This document shows positions 31,245 through 40,653 of a DNA stretch of 64,000 bases, in pieces (positions within the stretch are counted from its first letter, which is position 1; each line of letters begins with the position of its first letter). The notes below the pieces were generated by a model. The model did no database searches, was not told where the DNA came from, and saw nothing but the letters and a program-made list of their open reading frames with translations. The position numbers and the translations under genes are program-made. The stretch spans positions 896,001 to 960,000 of the forward strand of contig OZ219917.1 in the NCBI GenBank assembly GCA_964291415.2, given 5' to 3'. The DNA is from Alphaproteobacteria bacterium. GTDB lineage: Bacteria > Pseudomonadota > Alphaproteobacteria > SP197.

Positions 31245-32003
31245 ATGGCGCATCGTGTGGAGTATGAACCTTCTCCCAGGCGGGTGAGGGCGGTGTTGCG
31301 GGGCGAGACGATCGTGGACAGCACGGACGTCCTGCTGGTGCGCGAGACGGGTCATGTTCCGGTCTACTATTTCCCTCGCGACGATGTCGCCATGGACCGG
31401 CTCACCCCCACCGCAAACAAGACGCATTGCCCGTGGAAGGGGGACGCCTGCTACTGGACCATCCATGCCGATGGTCACGCGGCGGAGAACGCCGCCTGGG
31501 CCTATCCCGAGCCACTGGAAGAGGCATCCGCGCTGCGGGACCGCATCGCCTTCTACTGGCAGAGCCTCGATCACTGGTACGAGGAGGACGAGGAGGTTTT
31601 CGTCCATGCCCGGGATCCGCGCGTCAGGGTCGACACGCTTCTGAGCCACCGGCCGGTCGAGGTGACCCATGCCGGCGAAGTGCTGGCGAAGAGCAGCCGG
31701 GCGCAGTTTCTCTTCGAAACCGATCTTCCGACCCGCTACTACATTCCTCCAGAGGACGTGCGCCGGGACCTCCTTGTCGAATCGCCGACCAACACGCGCT
31801 GCCCCTACAAGGGTGCGGCCACGCACCTTTCGCTCGTCATCGATGGCGTCACTCATGACGACATCGCCTGGGTCTATCCCGATCCGATTCCGGAGTGCCC
31901 CCGCATTGCCGGTCACATCGCCTTCTACAACGAGCGGGTCGACCGGATCCTTGTGGACGGCAAGCCCGTCGGGCAGCCGCAGACGGCGTGGTCGCGGGAC
32001 TGA
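31245..32003 (+). CDS. Tandem DUF427 domain protein
   Basis: Two repeats of ET..P.YY.P..DV...T.CP(W/Y)KG.A...AW.YP.P. Confidence 0.88.
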   Translation: MAHRVEYEPSPRRVRAVLRGETIVDSTDVLLVRETGHVPVYYFPRDDVAMDRLTPTANKTHCPWKGDACYWTIHADGHAAENAAWAYPEPLEEASALRDRIAFYWQSLDHWYEEDEEVFVHARDPRVRVDTLLSHRPVEVTHAGEVLAKSSRAQFLFETDLPTRYYIPPEDVRRDLLVESPTNTRCPYKGAATHLSLVIDGVTHDDIAWVYPDPIPECPRIAGHIAFYNERVDRILVDGKPVGQPQTAWSRD

Positions 32004-32010
32004 AGGCCGC

Positions 32011-33780
32011 TCAGGAAGGCTTGGCGAGACGGATGCCGAGTTCTCTCAGCTGCCGTCCCGAAACCTCTCCCGGCGCCCCCATCATCAGGTCCTGGGCCTG
32101 CTGGTTCATCGGGAAGAGCGTGACTTCGCGGATGTTCGATTCACCTGCGAGCAGCATGACGATGCGGTCGATTCCAGGAGCGATGCCGCCGTGGGGAGGG
32201 CATCCGTAGCGAAACGCATCGTGGAGGGCGCCGAACCGCGCCTCGACCTCGCTCGCCGGGTAACCGGCGATCTCGAATGCCTTGATCATGGTGGCCGGCT
32301 CGTGATTGCGGATGGCGCCGCTGGAGAGTTCGACGCCGTTGCACACGATGTCGTACTGGTAGGCCAGAATATCGAGGGGGTCCCGGGTCTCAAGGGCCTC
32401 GAGACCGCCCTGGGGCATGGAAAAGGGATTGTGGCTGAAATCGATCCTCTTTCTCTCCGGATCGTACTCGTACATCGGATAGTCGACGATCCAGCAGAAA
32501 CGGAAACTGTCCTCATCGGCAAGAGATAGCTCATCGCAGACACGGGCACGCACCAGCCCTGCAATGCGCTCGGCCGCATCCCTCGAATCGCAGGAGAAGA
32601 ACACCGCATCGCCGTCATCGAGTCCGGCGAGTGAACGGATCGCGTCGAGTTCACCGTCTTTCAGAAGCCGTGCAACGGGTCCCTTGCCGGCACCGTCCTG
32701 GAAGACGATCCAGGCCAGGCCCCCGGCCCCGTTCTCCTGGGCAAAGGCGATCATGCGATCGAAGAAGCTGCGCGGCGACGCCGCACCTCCCGGTACGGGA
32801 ATGGCGCGGACCACCGCGCCTTCGCTGATCTGACGGCGGAATATCCTGAAGTCGGACTCGGCAAAGGGCGCCGTGGCATCGACGTTGATGAGGGGATTGC
32901 GCAGGTCCGGCTTGTCGGTGCCGTACTTCAGCATGGCGTCGGCATAGGAGATGCGGGGGAACGGGGACTCCGTGACCAAAGACGACGTGAACTCCCGGAA
33001 CAATCCGCCGATGACGGGTTCGATGGCCGCGAACACGTCCTCCTGCGTCACGAAGGCCATTTCCACATCGAGCTGATAGAACTCACCAGGCGATCGGTCG
33101 GCGCGCGCATCCTCGTCACGGAAACAGGGCGCGATCTGAAAGTAGCGGTCGAAGCCGGAGGCCATGACAAGCTGCTTGAACTGCTGTGGCGCCTGTGGGA
33201 GGGCGTAGAAGGAACCGTGATGAAGGCGGCTGGGGACCAGGAAATCCCGCGCCCCTTCCGGACTCGACGCGGTCAGTATGGGAGTCTGGAACTCGAGGAA
33301 ACCGCCCTGGATCATGCGCCGGCGTATGGACTCGATGATCCTCGAGCGCAGCACGATGTTGGCGTGCATCGATGGTCTGCGCAGGTCGAGAAACCTGTAG
33401 CGCAGGCGCACGTCCTCGGGATAATCGACCTCGCCGAAGACCGGCATCGGCAACGGCTCGGCCTCCGACAGCACATGGAACTCCCGGATGCGGACCTCGA
33501 CCTCGCCGGTGTCGATCTCCGGGTTCACGGTGTCGTCGGCGCGGGACACCAGTTCGCCTTCGATGGTGACCACGCTTTCCGGCCGGATCCGCTCGACGGC
33601 GGCAAACCCGGGATCGTCGGTCTCGATGACGCACTGGGTCATGCCGTACTGGTCGCGCAGATCAACGAAGAGAAGGTTGCCGTGATCCCGCTTGCGGTGA
33701 ACCCAGCCGGAAAGGCGTACGGCGGTGCCGACATGGTCGCGGCGAAGTTCACCGCAGGTGTGTGTGCGATAACGGTGCAT
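32011..33780 (-). CDS. aspS: Aspartate--tRNA ligase (probably non-discriminating Asp/Asn)
   Basis: [20 protein letters not shown] (His typical of the non-discriminating type), [28 protein letters not shown]. Confidence 0.97.
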   Translation of the reverse strand: MHRYRTHTCGELRRDHVGTAVRLSGWVHRKRDHGNLLFVDLRDQYGMTQCVIETDDPGFAAVERIRPESVVTIEGELVSRADDTVNPEIDTGEVEVRIREFHVLSEAEPLPMPVFGEVDYPEDVRLRYRFLDLRRPSMHANIVLRSRIIESIRRRMIQGGFLEFQTPILTASSPEGARDFLVPSRLHHGSFYALPQAPQQFKQLVMASGFDRYFQIAPCFRDEDARADRSPGEFYQLDVEMAFVTQEDVFAAIEPVIGGLFREFTSSLVTESPFPRISYADAMLKYGTDKPDLRNPLINVDATAPFAESDFRIFRRQISEGAVVRAIPVPGGAASPRSFFDRMIAFAQENGAGGLAWIVFQDGAGKGPVARLLKDGELDAIRSLAGLDDGDAVFFSCDSRDAAERIAGLVRARVCDELSLADEDSFRFCWIVDYPMYEYDPERKRIDFSHNPFSMPQGGLEALETRDPLDILAYQYDIVCNGVELSSGAIRNHEPATMIKAFEIAGYPASEVEARFGALHDAFRYGCPPHGGIAPGIDRIVMLLAGESNIREVTLFPMNQQAQDLMMGAPGEVSGRQLRELGIRLAKPS

Positions 33781-34016
33781 GAACGACAATCCGGGAAGCA
33801 GGTGTGAAGGCTAGACAACGCAACGCCACCTGTTTGTCAAGCGGCGGATGGCATGCTGTCGGCACGTTCCCCGCTCGATCTTTCACGGCGCCGCCATGAC
33901 ATGGCGATCGTGGTGGCGACAGCTCCGTTCGTTGCCCGTGGTTCCGCGAGTACCGCGCCGCGCACGCAGGGCTCCCCGTGTGGACTTCCGGGAAGCACGC
34001 CGGTAGAGAGACCGCC

Positions 34017-35165
34017 ATGCAGGTTCTTGCCGACACGCAGAGCATTGCCGGGTTCTGTCGTCGCCTGCGGGGCGACACCTGGATCACCGTCGATACGGAG
34101 TTCATTCCGGAGCGCACATACTGGCCGCAGTTGTGCCTCGTTCAGATCGCCGGCGCCGGCGAGGCGGCGGTCATCGATGCCCTGGCGGACGGGCTCGATC
34201 TGGGTCCCGTCTTCGATCTCATGACCGACAGGAATGTGCTCAAGGTGTTCCATGCGGGCCGCCAGGATCTCGAGATTCTTCTCCGCCTTTCGGGCTCCCT
34301 GCCGGGCCCTGTTTTCGACACCCAGGTGGCGGCCATGGCCTGCGGTCATGGTGAACAGGTCGGCTACGCGCGGATTGTCGAGGCGGTCACCGGCAGGACC
34401 ATCGGCAAGGGAGCGCAGATCACGGACTGGTCGAAACGGCCGCTCTCCAGGAAGCAGATTGCCTATGCCCTCGAAGATGTGACCGGTCTTCGCCATGTCT
34501 ACGAACACCTCTCCTCGGTGCTGGCCAGCAAGGGGCGCGAGGCGTGGGTCGGTGACAGAATGGCATGGCTCAACGACCCGCAGACCTACCGCAATGACGT
34601 CTCCCAGGCCTGGACCCGCATCAGGAAGAAGCCCCGGCGGCCGCGCGATCTGGCGGTGTTGCGCGAGGTCGCGGCATGGCGCGAGCGGCTGGCGCAGGAA
34701 AGAAATCTTCCCCGTCGGCGCGTCATGACCGATGACGCCCTTGTTGCCATCGCCACCTCCCGACCGCAGACTGAGGAGGCGCTCCAGGGAGTCCGGCTTG
34801 TTCCGCGCGGCATGGCGGGAGGCTCCCGGGGACGCCAGATCATCGAGGCAGTCAATCGTGCCATGGAACTTGGCACGGACGCCCTGCCACAGCTCGACGA
34901 AAGGCAGACTGCGCGTGTGCCGCTGCCCCTTGCCGATCTCATCCGCACCCTGATCAACGCCCGTTGCGAGGAACTTGGCGTGGCCCAGGCGCTGATCGCC
35001 AGTTCAGACGAGATCCGCCGATTTGCCGCCACGCCTTCGGGCGACAACCCGCTGGCATGCGGCTGGCGCTATGACCTGCTCGGACGGGACATCGAACGTC
35101 TGCGGGAGGGAACGCTGGCGCTCGCCCTGGAGAAGGGAACGCTGAAGCTGATCCCGCTCCAGTGA
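34017..35165 (+). CDS. rnd: Ribonuclease D
   Basis: VDTEFIPERTYWPQLCLVQ, KVFHA..QD, FDTQVAA, TDWSKRPL, YALEDV, HRDC region; divergent from aspS. Confidence 0.93.
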   Translation: MQVLADTQSIAGFCRRLRGDTWITVDTEFIPERTYWPQLCLVQIAGAGEAAVIDALADGLDLGPVFDLMTDRNVLKVFHAGRQDLEILLRLSGSLPGPVFDTQVAAMACGHGEQVGYARIVEAVTGRTIGKGAQITDWSKRPLSRKQIAYALEDVTGLRHVYEHLSSVLASKGREAWVGDRMAWLNDPQTYRNDVSQAWTRIRKKPRRPRDLAVLREVAAWRERLAQERNLPRRRVMTDDALVAIATSRPQTEEALQGVRLVPRGMAGGSRGRQIIEAVNRAMELGTDALPQLDERQTARVPLPLADLIRTLINARCEELGVAQALIASSDEIRRFAATPSGDNPLACGWRYDLLGRDIERLREGTLALALEKGTLKLIPLQ

Positions 35166-37067
35166 TCAGCTGACTGCCGGATAGCCGATTGTCGCCAGGG
35201 CTTCCCTGATCTCGTCAAGCGCGGCGGGATCCTCGATGGTGGCCGGCATGGGCACGGTCTCACCGTCGGCGATCTGTCGCATGGAACGGCGCAGGATTTT
35301 GCCCGAACGGGTCTTGGGAAGGCGCGGAACGATCACCGCCTTGCGGAAGTTCGCCACGGCGCCGACATCGTTGCGCACCCGCCGCACGGCATCGTTCACG
35401 ATGTCGGCATGGGAGGCGGTCGACGTCGCGTTGAGCACCAGAAGTCCGACGGGAACCTGGCCGCGCAACGCATCGGCGACGCCAATCACCGCGCATTCGG
35501 CGACGTCCGGCAACGTGGCCAGGATTTCTTCCATGGCGCCCGTCGACAGGCGGTGGCCGGCGACGTTCATGACATCGTCGGTGCGGCCCATGATGTAGAG
35601 ATAGCCGTCGCTGTCGTACATGCCGGCATCACCGGTTGAATAGTATCCGGGGTACTCCTCGAGATAGCTCGAGACAAAGCCCTCGTCGTTGTTCCACAGG
35701 GTGGGGAGAGAACTCGGCGGCAGGGGCAGACGCACGCAGACGGCGCCCGTGGTGTCGGCAGGCAGGCGATGGCCTCGCGCATTGAGAATGTCGATGGCGT
35801 ATCCGGGAGTCGGTCGGCCCGGCGAGCCGTGCCGTACCGGGAGATCGTCGATGCCACGGCAATAGGCAGCCATCGCCCAGCCCGTCTCCGTTTGCCACCA
35901 GTGGTCGACCACCGGCCGCGACAGCTTCTCCTCTGCCCACGCGATGGTGTCGGGATCGGCGCGTTCACCGGCAAGGAAGAGGGTGCGGAACGCCGAGAGA
36001 TCCGCCTCTGCGAGGAAGTTGCCTTCCGGATCGTCGCGGCGGATGGCGCGGATCGCGGTCGGCGCCGTGAAGAGGGCCGCCACGCGGTTCCTCTCGATGA
36101 CGCGCCAGAAGACCCCGGCGTCGGGTGTACCGACCGGCTTGCCCTCGAAGAGAATTGTCGAATTCCCGTGGAGAAGGGGTGCATAGACGATGTAGCTGTG
36201 ACCGACGACCCAGCCAATGTCGCTCGCCGCCCACCAGCATTCGCCCGGCGCCACGTCATAGATCGCCTGCATGGTCCACGTGAGCGCCACGGCGTGCCCG
36301 CCATTGTCCCGCACGACGCCCTTCGGCTTGCCCGTGGTCCCGGAGGTATAGAGGATGTAGAGCGGGTCGGTGGCGGCCAAAGGGATCCAGTCGACGGGTG
36401 TCGCGCGTGCCATTTCCTCGTGCCAGTCATGGTCGCGTCCTGCCTTGAGTTCGGCGGACTGCTGTTCCCGCGCCAGGACGATCATCGTTCCGGGGACGTG
36501 TGATGCGAGGGTGAAAGCCTCCTCGAGTATGGGGAGGTAGGGGATGATGCGGCCCGGTTCGATACCGCAAGTGGCGGTGAGAACCACTTTGGGCGTCGCG
36601 TCATCGAGGCGCTTGGCGACCTCCGCCGCGGCAAACCCGCCGAACACCACCGAGTGGACGGCACCGATGCGGGCACAGGCCAGCATGGCAATGACGGCCT
36701 CGGGCACGGCGGGCATGTAGATCACGACACGGTCTCCCCGGGCGACCGCGTGGTTGCTCAGGACACCGGCAAAGGTCGCCACCTCGCGCTTGAGTTCGCT
36801 GTAGGTCAGCGTTCGCCTGGCGCCGGTGATCGGGCTTTCCCAGATCAGTGCGAGTTGATCGCCGCGTCCATCGTCCACGTGGCGATCAATGGCATTCCAG
36901 CAGGTGTTGGTCTCGCCGCCGGAGAACCAGTGATAGAAGGGCGCTCCGGAGTCGTCGAGCACCCGGTCCCAGCGTTTCGTCCAGCAGATATTGCCGGCCA
37001 GCTCTTCCCAGTATCCGGCGGGATCAGCCAGCGATTGATGGTAGACGCTCTCGAAAGCCTGCGACAT
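35166..37067 (-). CDS. prpE: Propionyl-CoA synthetase (acyl-CoA synthetase)
   Basis: YILYTSGTTGKPKGVVRDNGGH, WWAASDIGWVVGHSY, DHWWQTETG, LPKTRSGK. Confidence 0.88.
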   Translation of the reverse strand: MSQAFESVYHQSLADPAGYWEELAGNICWTKRWDRVLDDSGAPFYHWFSGGETNTCWNAIDRHVDDGRGDQLALIWESPITGARRTLTYSELKREVATFAGVLSNHAVARGDRVVIYMPAVPEAVIAMLACARIGAVHSVVFGGFAAAEVAKRLDDATPKVVLTATCGIEPGRIIPYLPILEEAFTLASHVPGTMIVLAREQQSAELKAGRDHDWHEEMARATPVDWIPLAATDPLYILYTSGTTGKPKGVVRDNGGHAVALTWTMQAIYDVAPGECWWAASDIGWVVGHSYIVYAPLLHGNSTILFEGKPVGTPDAGVFWRVIERNRVAALFTAPTAIRAIRRDDPEGNFLAEADLSAFRTLFLAGERADPDTIAWAEEKLSRPVVDHWWQTETGWAMAAYCRGIDDLPVRHGSPGRPTPGYAIDILNARGHRLPADTTGAVCVRLPLPPSSLPTLWNNDEGFVSSYLEEYPGYYSTGDAGMYDSDGYLYIMGRTDDVMNVAGHRLSTGAMEEILATLPDVAECAVIGVADALRGQVPVGLLVLNATSTASHADIVNDAVRRVRNDVGAVANFRKAVIVPRLPKTRSGKILRRSMRQIADGETVPMPATIEDPAALDEIREALATIGYPAVS

Positions 37068-37190
37068 CGCTCCAGCCCCTGGTTCAACCGGTCACTATCG
37101 TAGGGTCCTTTGGCGCGACCTGAAAGCCGCGCCCTCGCGCTCTCCGGCCGGTCGATTGACGCAAGAGGCCGGTCGGTGCAAGGAAGGGGC

Positions 37191-38675
37191 ATGTCGATGA
37201 ACCAGTCTCCCGACCTCGCGGCAGCGATTGACCGGCTCGCCGGCGCTCGTGTCATGGTGATCGGCGACGTCATGCTCGACCGTTTCATCTACGGGGGCGT
37301 GGAGCGCATCTCTCCCGAGGCACCCGTTCCCGTGCTGCGCGTCGAGACCGAGGAATCCATGCCGGGGGGAGCCGGCAATGTCCTGCGCAACCTGGTCGCC
37401 ATCGGCGCACGGGTGTGTTTCGTGGCTGTCGTGGGAGATGACCAGGTCGGCCGCGATCTGATCTCCATGATCGCCCGGGAAGAGGGCGTGGAACCTTACG
37501 TACTGGTGGAGCGGGACCGGCTATCCACCCGCAAGGACCGGTTCGTCGACGGCGGACACCAGCTGTTGCGCGCCGACCATGAGACGGATCGCGCCATCCT
37601 GCCGGAAACGGCGTCCAGGATCGTCGACATCGCCACCCACGCCATGTCGGGTGTCGATGTGCTTGTCCTGTCGGACTATGCAAAGGGTGTGATGACGGCG
37701 GAGGTAACCGGTGCCGTCATTGCCGCGGCGCGTCACGCGGGCATCCCTGTCATCGTCGACCCCAAGAGTCACGCATTCTCGCGTTACCGCGGGGCCAGCG
37801 TTCTCACCCCCAACCGCCAGGAACTCGCCATGGCGGCCCGCATGGACGTGAACGGCGACGGGGACATTGTCGCGGCCGCCCGAACCGTGATGGACGAATC
37901 GGGTGCCGGATGCATCCTTGTCACACGCAGTGCCGCCGGCATGTCACTCGTCGAGCGCAACGGCGCGACACTCCATCTGCCGGCGGAAGTGCGCGAGGTC
38001 TATGATGTGTCCGGCGCCGGAGACACCGTGGTCGCGGTGTTCGCTGCCGCCCTGGGACAGGGCCTCGCGCTGGAGACCGCCGCCCGGCTGGCCAACCTTG
38101 CCGGTGGTGCGGCCGTGGGCAAGAGCGGTACAGCGGTGGTCGGCACCGACGATCTGCGGCATGTCCTGCATGGCCAGGCCTTCGAAAGCAACGAAGCGAA
38201 GATCGTGTCCCTCGAGACCGCCCAGGACATGGTCGCCTCGTGGCGTGACTCGGCAGAGCGGATCGGCTTCACCAATGGCTGTTTCGATCTGCTCCATCCC
38301 GGCCATGTATCGCTCCTGCGCCAGGCCCGCCAGCAGTGTGACCGGCTGGTGGTGGCGCTCAACAGCGATAGTTCCGTCCGGGGTCTCAAGGGTCCTGGAC
38401 GTCCCGTGCAGTCCGAGATATCCAGGGCCCAGATCCTCGCCTCGATGGCGGACGTGGACCTGGTGGTCGTCTTCAGCGAGGAGACGCCGCTGGCCCTGAT
38501 CGAGCGCCTTCGCCCGGACGTTCTGGTCAAGGGATCGGACTACCGCATCGACGAGGTCGTCGGCGCCGATATCGTGACCTCCTATGGCGGCAGGGTCTAC
38601 CTTGCCGATCTGGTCGACGGATTCAGCACCACCGCGACCGTGACCCGGATGGCGGCCGACGCCGATGGGAAATGA
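37191..38675 (+). CDS. hldE: Bifunctional D-glycero-beta-D-manno-heptose-7-phosphate kinase / heptose-1-phosphate adenylyltransferase
   Basis: GDVMLD...RISPEAPVPV, LSDYAKG, DVSGAGDTV, then FTNGCFDLLHPGH...PDVLVKG. Confidence 0.93.
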   Translation: MSMNQSPDLAAAIDRLAGARVMVIGDVMLDRFIYGGVERISPEAPVPVLRVETEESMPGGAGNVLRNLVAIGARVCFVAVVGDDQVGRDLISMIAREEGVEPYVLVERDRLSTRKDRFVDGGHQLLRADHETDRAILPETASRIVDIATHAMSGVDVLVLSDYAKGVMTAEVTGAVIAAARHAGIPVIVDPKSHAFSRYRGASVLTPNRQELAMAARMDVNGDGDIVAAARTVMDESGAGCILVTRSAAGMSLVERNGATLHLPAEVREVYDVSGAGDTVVAVFAAALGQGLALETAARLANLAGGAAVGKSGTAVVGTDDLRHVLHGQAFESNEAKIVSLETAQDMVASWRDSAERIGFTNGCFDLLHPGHVSLLRQARQQCDRLVVALNSDSSVRGLKGPGRPVQSEISRAQILASMADVDLVVVFSEETPLALIERLRPDVLVKGSDYRIDEVVGADIVTSYGGRVYLADLVDGFSTTATVTRMAADADGK

Positions 38676-38705
38676 GCGCCTCGCGGCACCTTGTGCCTGA
38701 CAGGG

Positions 38706-38885
38706 TCAGGCAGGACTGTTCACGGTCGACATTCTCTCGATCTGCTCCTTGATCTGAAGTTTCCTGCGCTTGAGATCCGTGAGATGGGTCTGGTTCGGTA
38801 GCGGGCGACGGGATTCATCATGGATTTCCTGCTCGAGTGCTGCATGCCGCGCTTCCAGGACAGCCAAATCATCGGGGTTTGTCAT
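38706..38885 (-). CDS. DUF465 (YdcH) family small protein
   Basis: LEARHAALEQEI...RPLP...LKRRKLQIKEQIE; GGAGG RBS. Confidence 0.85.
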   Translation of the reverse strand: MTNPDDLAVLEARHAALEQEIHDESRRPLPNQTHLTDLKRRKLQIKEQIERMSTVNSPA

Positions 38886-39098
38886 CGATTCCTCCGCCAG
38901 GATTCCCATTTTGCCGGTTCCATGCCGGACATCGCCACAAGGCGAACACTCTGTCCAGGCAGGACCTGGCGGACAGTATAGGAAGGAAGCCGCGTGGTGG
39001 CTATTCAAGAGCGCCTGCCTCTCGTGCCCCGGCTGTTTCGCCGAATTGCCCGGGTGTAGGATCGGTGCGGAGCTGCCTTGAAGGGGAGGCGACGGGTC

Positions 39099-39584
39099 AT
39101 GGTTGAAGTGGGCATCATCATGGGAAGCCAGTCGGACTGGGACACCATGCGCCATGCCGCCGAGACACTGGGAGAAATCGGCATCCCGCACGAGGTCAGG
39201 ATCGTTTCGGCCCACCGCACCCCCGACCGACTCTTCACCTATGCCGAGGCTGCCCATGGCCGCGGTCTCAAGGTCATCATCGCCGGTGCCGGCGGCGCGG
39301 CGCATCTTCCGGGCATGACGGCGGCCAAGACCTCTCTTCCGGTGCTTGGCGTGCCTGTCGAAAGCCGGGCGCTCAATGGCCTCGACAGCCTGCTTTCCAT
39401 CGTGCAGATGCCGGCCGGAGTGCCGGTCGGCACGCTTGCCATTGGCAAGTCGGGCGCAATCAATGCCGCCCTTCTGGCTGCCGCCATCGTCGGTCTCGTC
39501 AATCCGCACGTGGCCCGGGCCCTGGAGGACTGGCGGAGCCAGCAGACCGCATCCGTGGCCGAGCATCCCGACGCCGATGGATGA
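39099..39584 (+). CDS. purE: N5-carboxyaminoimidazole ribonucleotide mutase
   Basis: [37 protein letters not shown]. Confidence 0.97.
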   Translation: MVEVGIIMGSQSDWDTMRHAAETLGEIGIPHEVRIVSAHRTPDRLFTYAEAAHGRGLKVIIAGAGGAAHLPGMTAAKTSLPVLGVPVESRALNGLDSLLSIVQMPAGVPVGTLAIGKSGAINAALLAAAIVGLVNPHVARALEDWRSQQTASVAEHPDADG

Positions 39585-40653
39585 TGACAAGCGTGTGGTC
39601 CCGCCGGGTGGTGTCATCGGCATCGTCGGCGGCGGTCAGCTCGGTCGCATGGCGGCCCTCGCCGCCGCGGCGCTGGGCTACCGTTGCCATGTGTTCTGCC
39701 CCGCAGAGGATAGTCCTGCCGTGGAGGTGGCCCATGCCGCGACCATCGGAGCATACGATGATGCCGGCAGTATCGATGCCTTTGCCTCAGGCGTGGATGT
39801 CATCACCTTCGAGTTCGAGAACCTGCCGGTGGAGTCCTTCCGGCACATGGCCCGGCACGCGCCGGTACGTCCCCACTGGCGTTGCCTGGAAATGACCCAG
39901 CACCGGGTGGTCGAAAAGGACTTTCTCAACCGCCATGACTGCGCCACCGCACCCTACGCCGCCCTTCCCGGACCCGGCGAACGGCTCGCAACGACCGGCA
40001 GCCCGGCGATCCTCAAGACGGCGCGCATGGGCTATGACGGCAAGGGTCAGGTCCGCGTCACACGCCAGCGGGATCTCGAGGACGCCTGGGCAGCCATGGG
40101 GCGCCGGGAGGCCATCCTGGAAGGCGTCGTCGACTTCACCATGGAGGCCTCGGCCATCGTTGCCCGCGACATCAGGGGCGTCATCCGGGCTTTCGATGTT
40201 GTCCGGAACACCCATCGCGACGGCATCCTCGCGGAAACCCGGGCGCCCGCACCCCTGCCCGAACGTGTGGCCGATGGCGCCGTGGCCATGGCCGGCCGGC
40301 TCGCAGAGGCTCTCGACCTCGTCGGTCTCCTGGCAGTGGAGATGTTCGTTGCCCCCGGCGATCGCCTTCTGGTGAACGAACTTGCCGCCAGGCCCCACAA
40401 TTCGGGGCACTGGACCATCGATGCCTGCCGCACCAGCCAGTTCGAACAGTTCATCCGCGCCGTCGCCGGACTGCCCCTGGGCGATCCGTCACGCCACAGC
40501 AACGCCGTGATGACCAATCTCCTGGGTGACGACGCATCCTCCTGGCACGACATTCTCGGCGAGGGCGACGCCAAGCTGCACCTCTACGGCAAGACCCAGG
40601 CACGCCCGGGCCGCAAGATGGGCCACGTCACGCGGCTGTTCCCGCTGGAGTGA
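39577..40653 (+). CDS. purK: N5-carboxyaminoimidazole ribonucleotide synthase
   Basis: [48 protein letters not shown]. Confidence 0.96.
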   Translation: MDDDKRVVPPGGVIGIVGGGQLGRMAALAAAALGYRCHVFCPAEDSPAVEVAHAATIGAYDDAGSIDAFASGVDVITFEFENLPVESFRHMARHAPVRPHWRCLEMTQHRVVEKDFLNRHDCATAPYAALPGPGERLATTGSPAILKTARMGYDGKGQVRVTRQRDLEDAWAAMGRREAILEGVVDFTMEASAIVARDIRGVIRAFDVVRNTHRDGILAETRAPAPLPERVADGAVAMAGRLAEALDLVGLLAVEMFVAPGDRLLVNELAARPHNSGHWTIDACRTSQFEQFIRAVAGLPLGDPSRHSNAVMTNLLGDDASSWHDILGEGDAKLHLYGKTQARPGRKMGHVTRLFPLE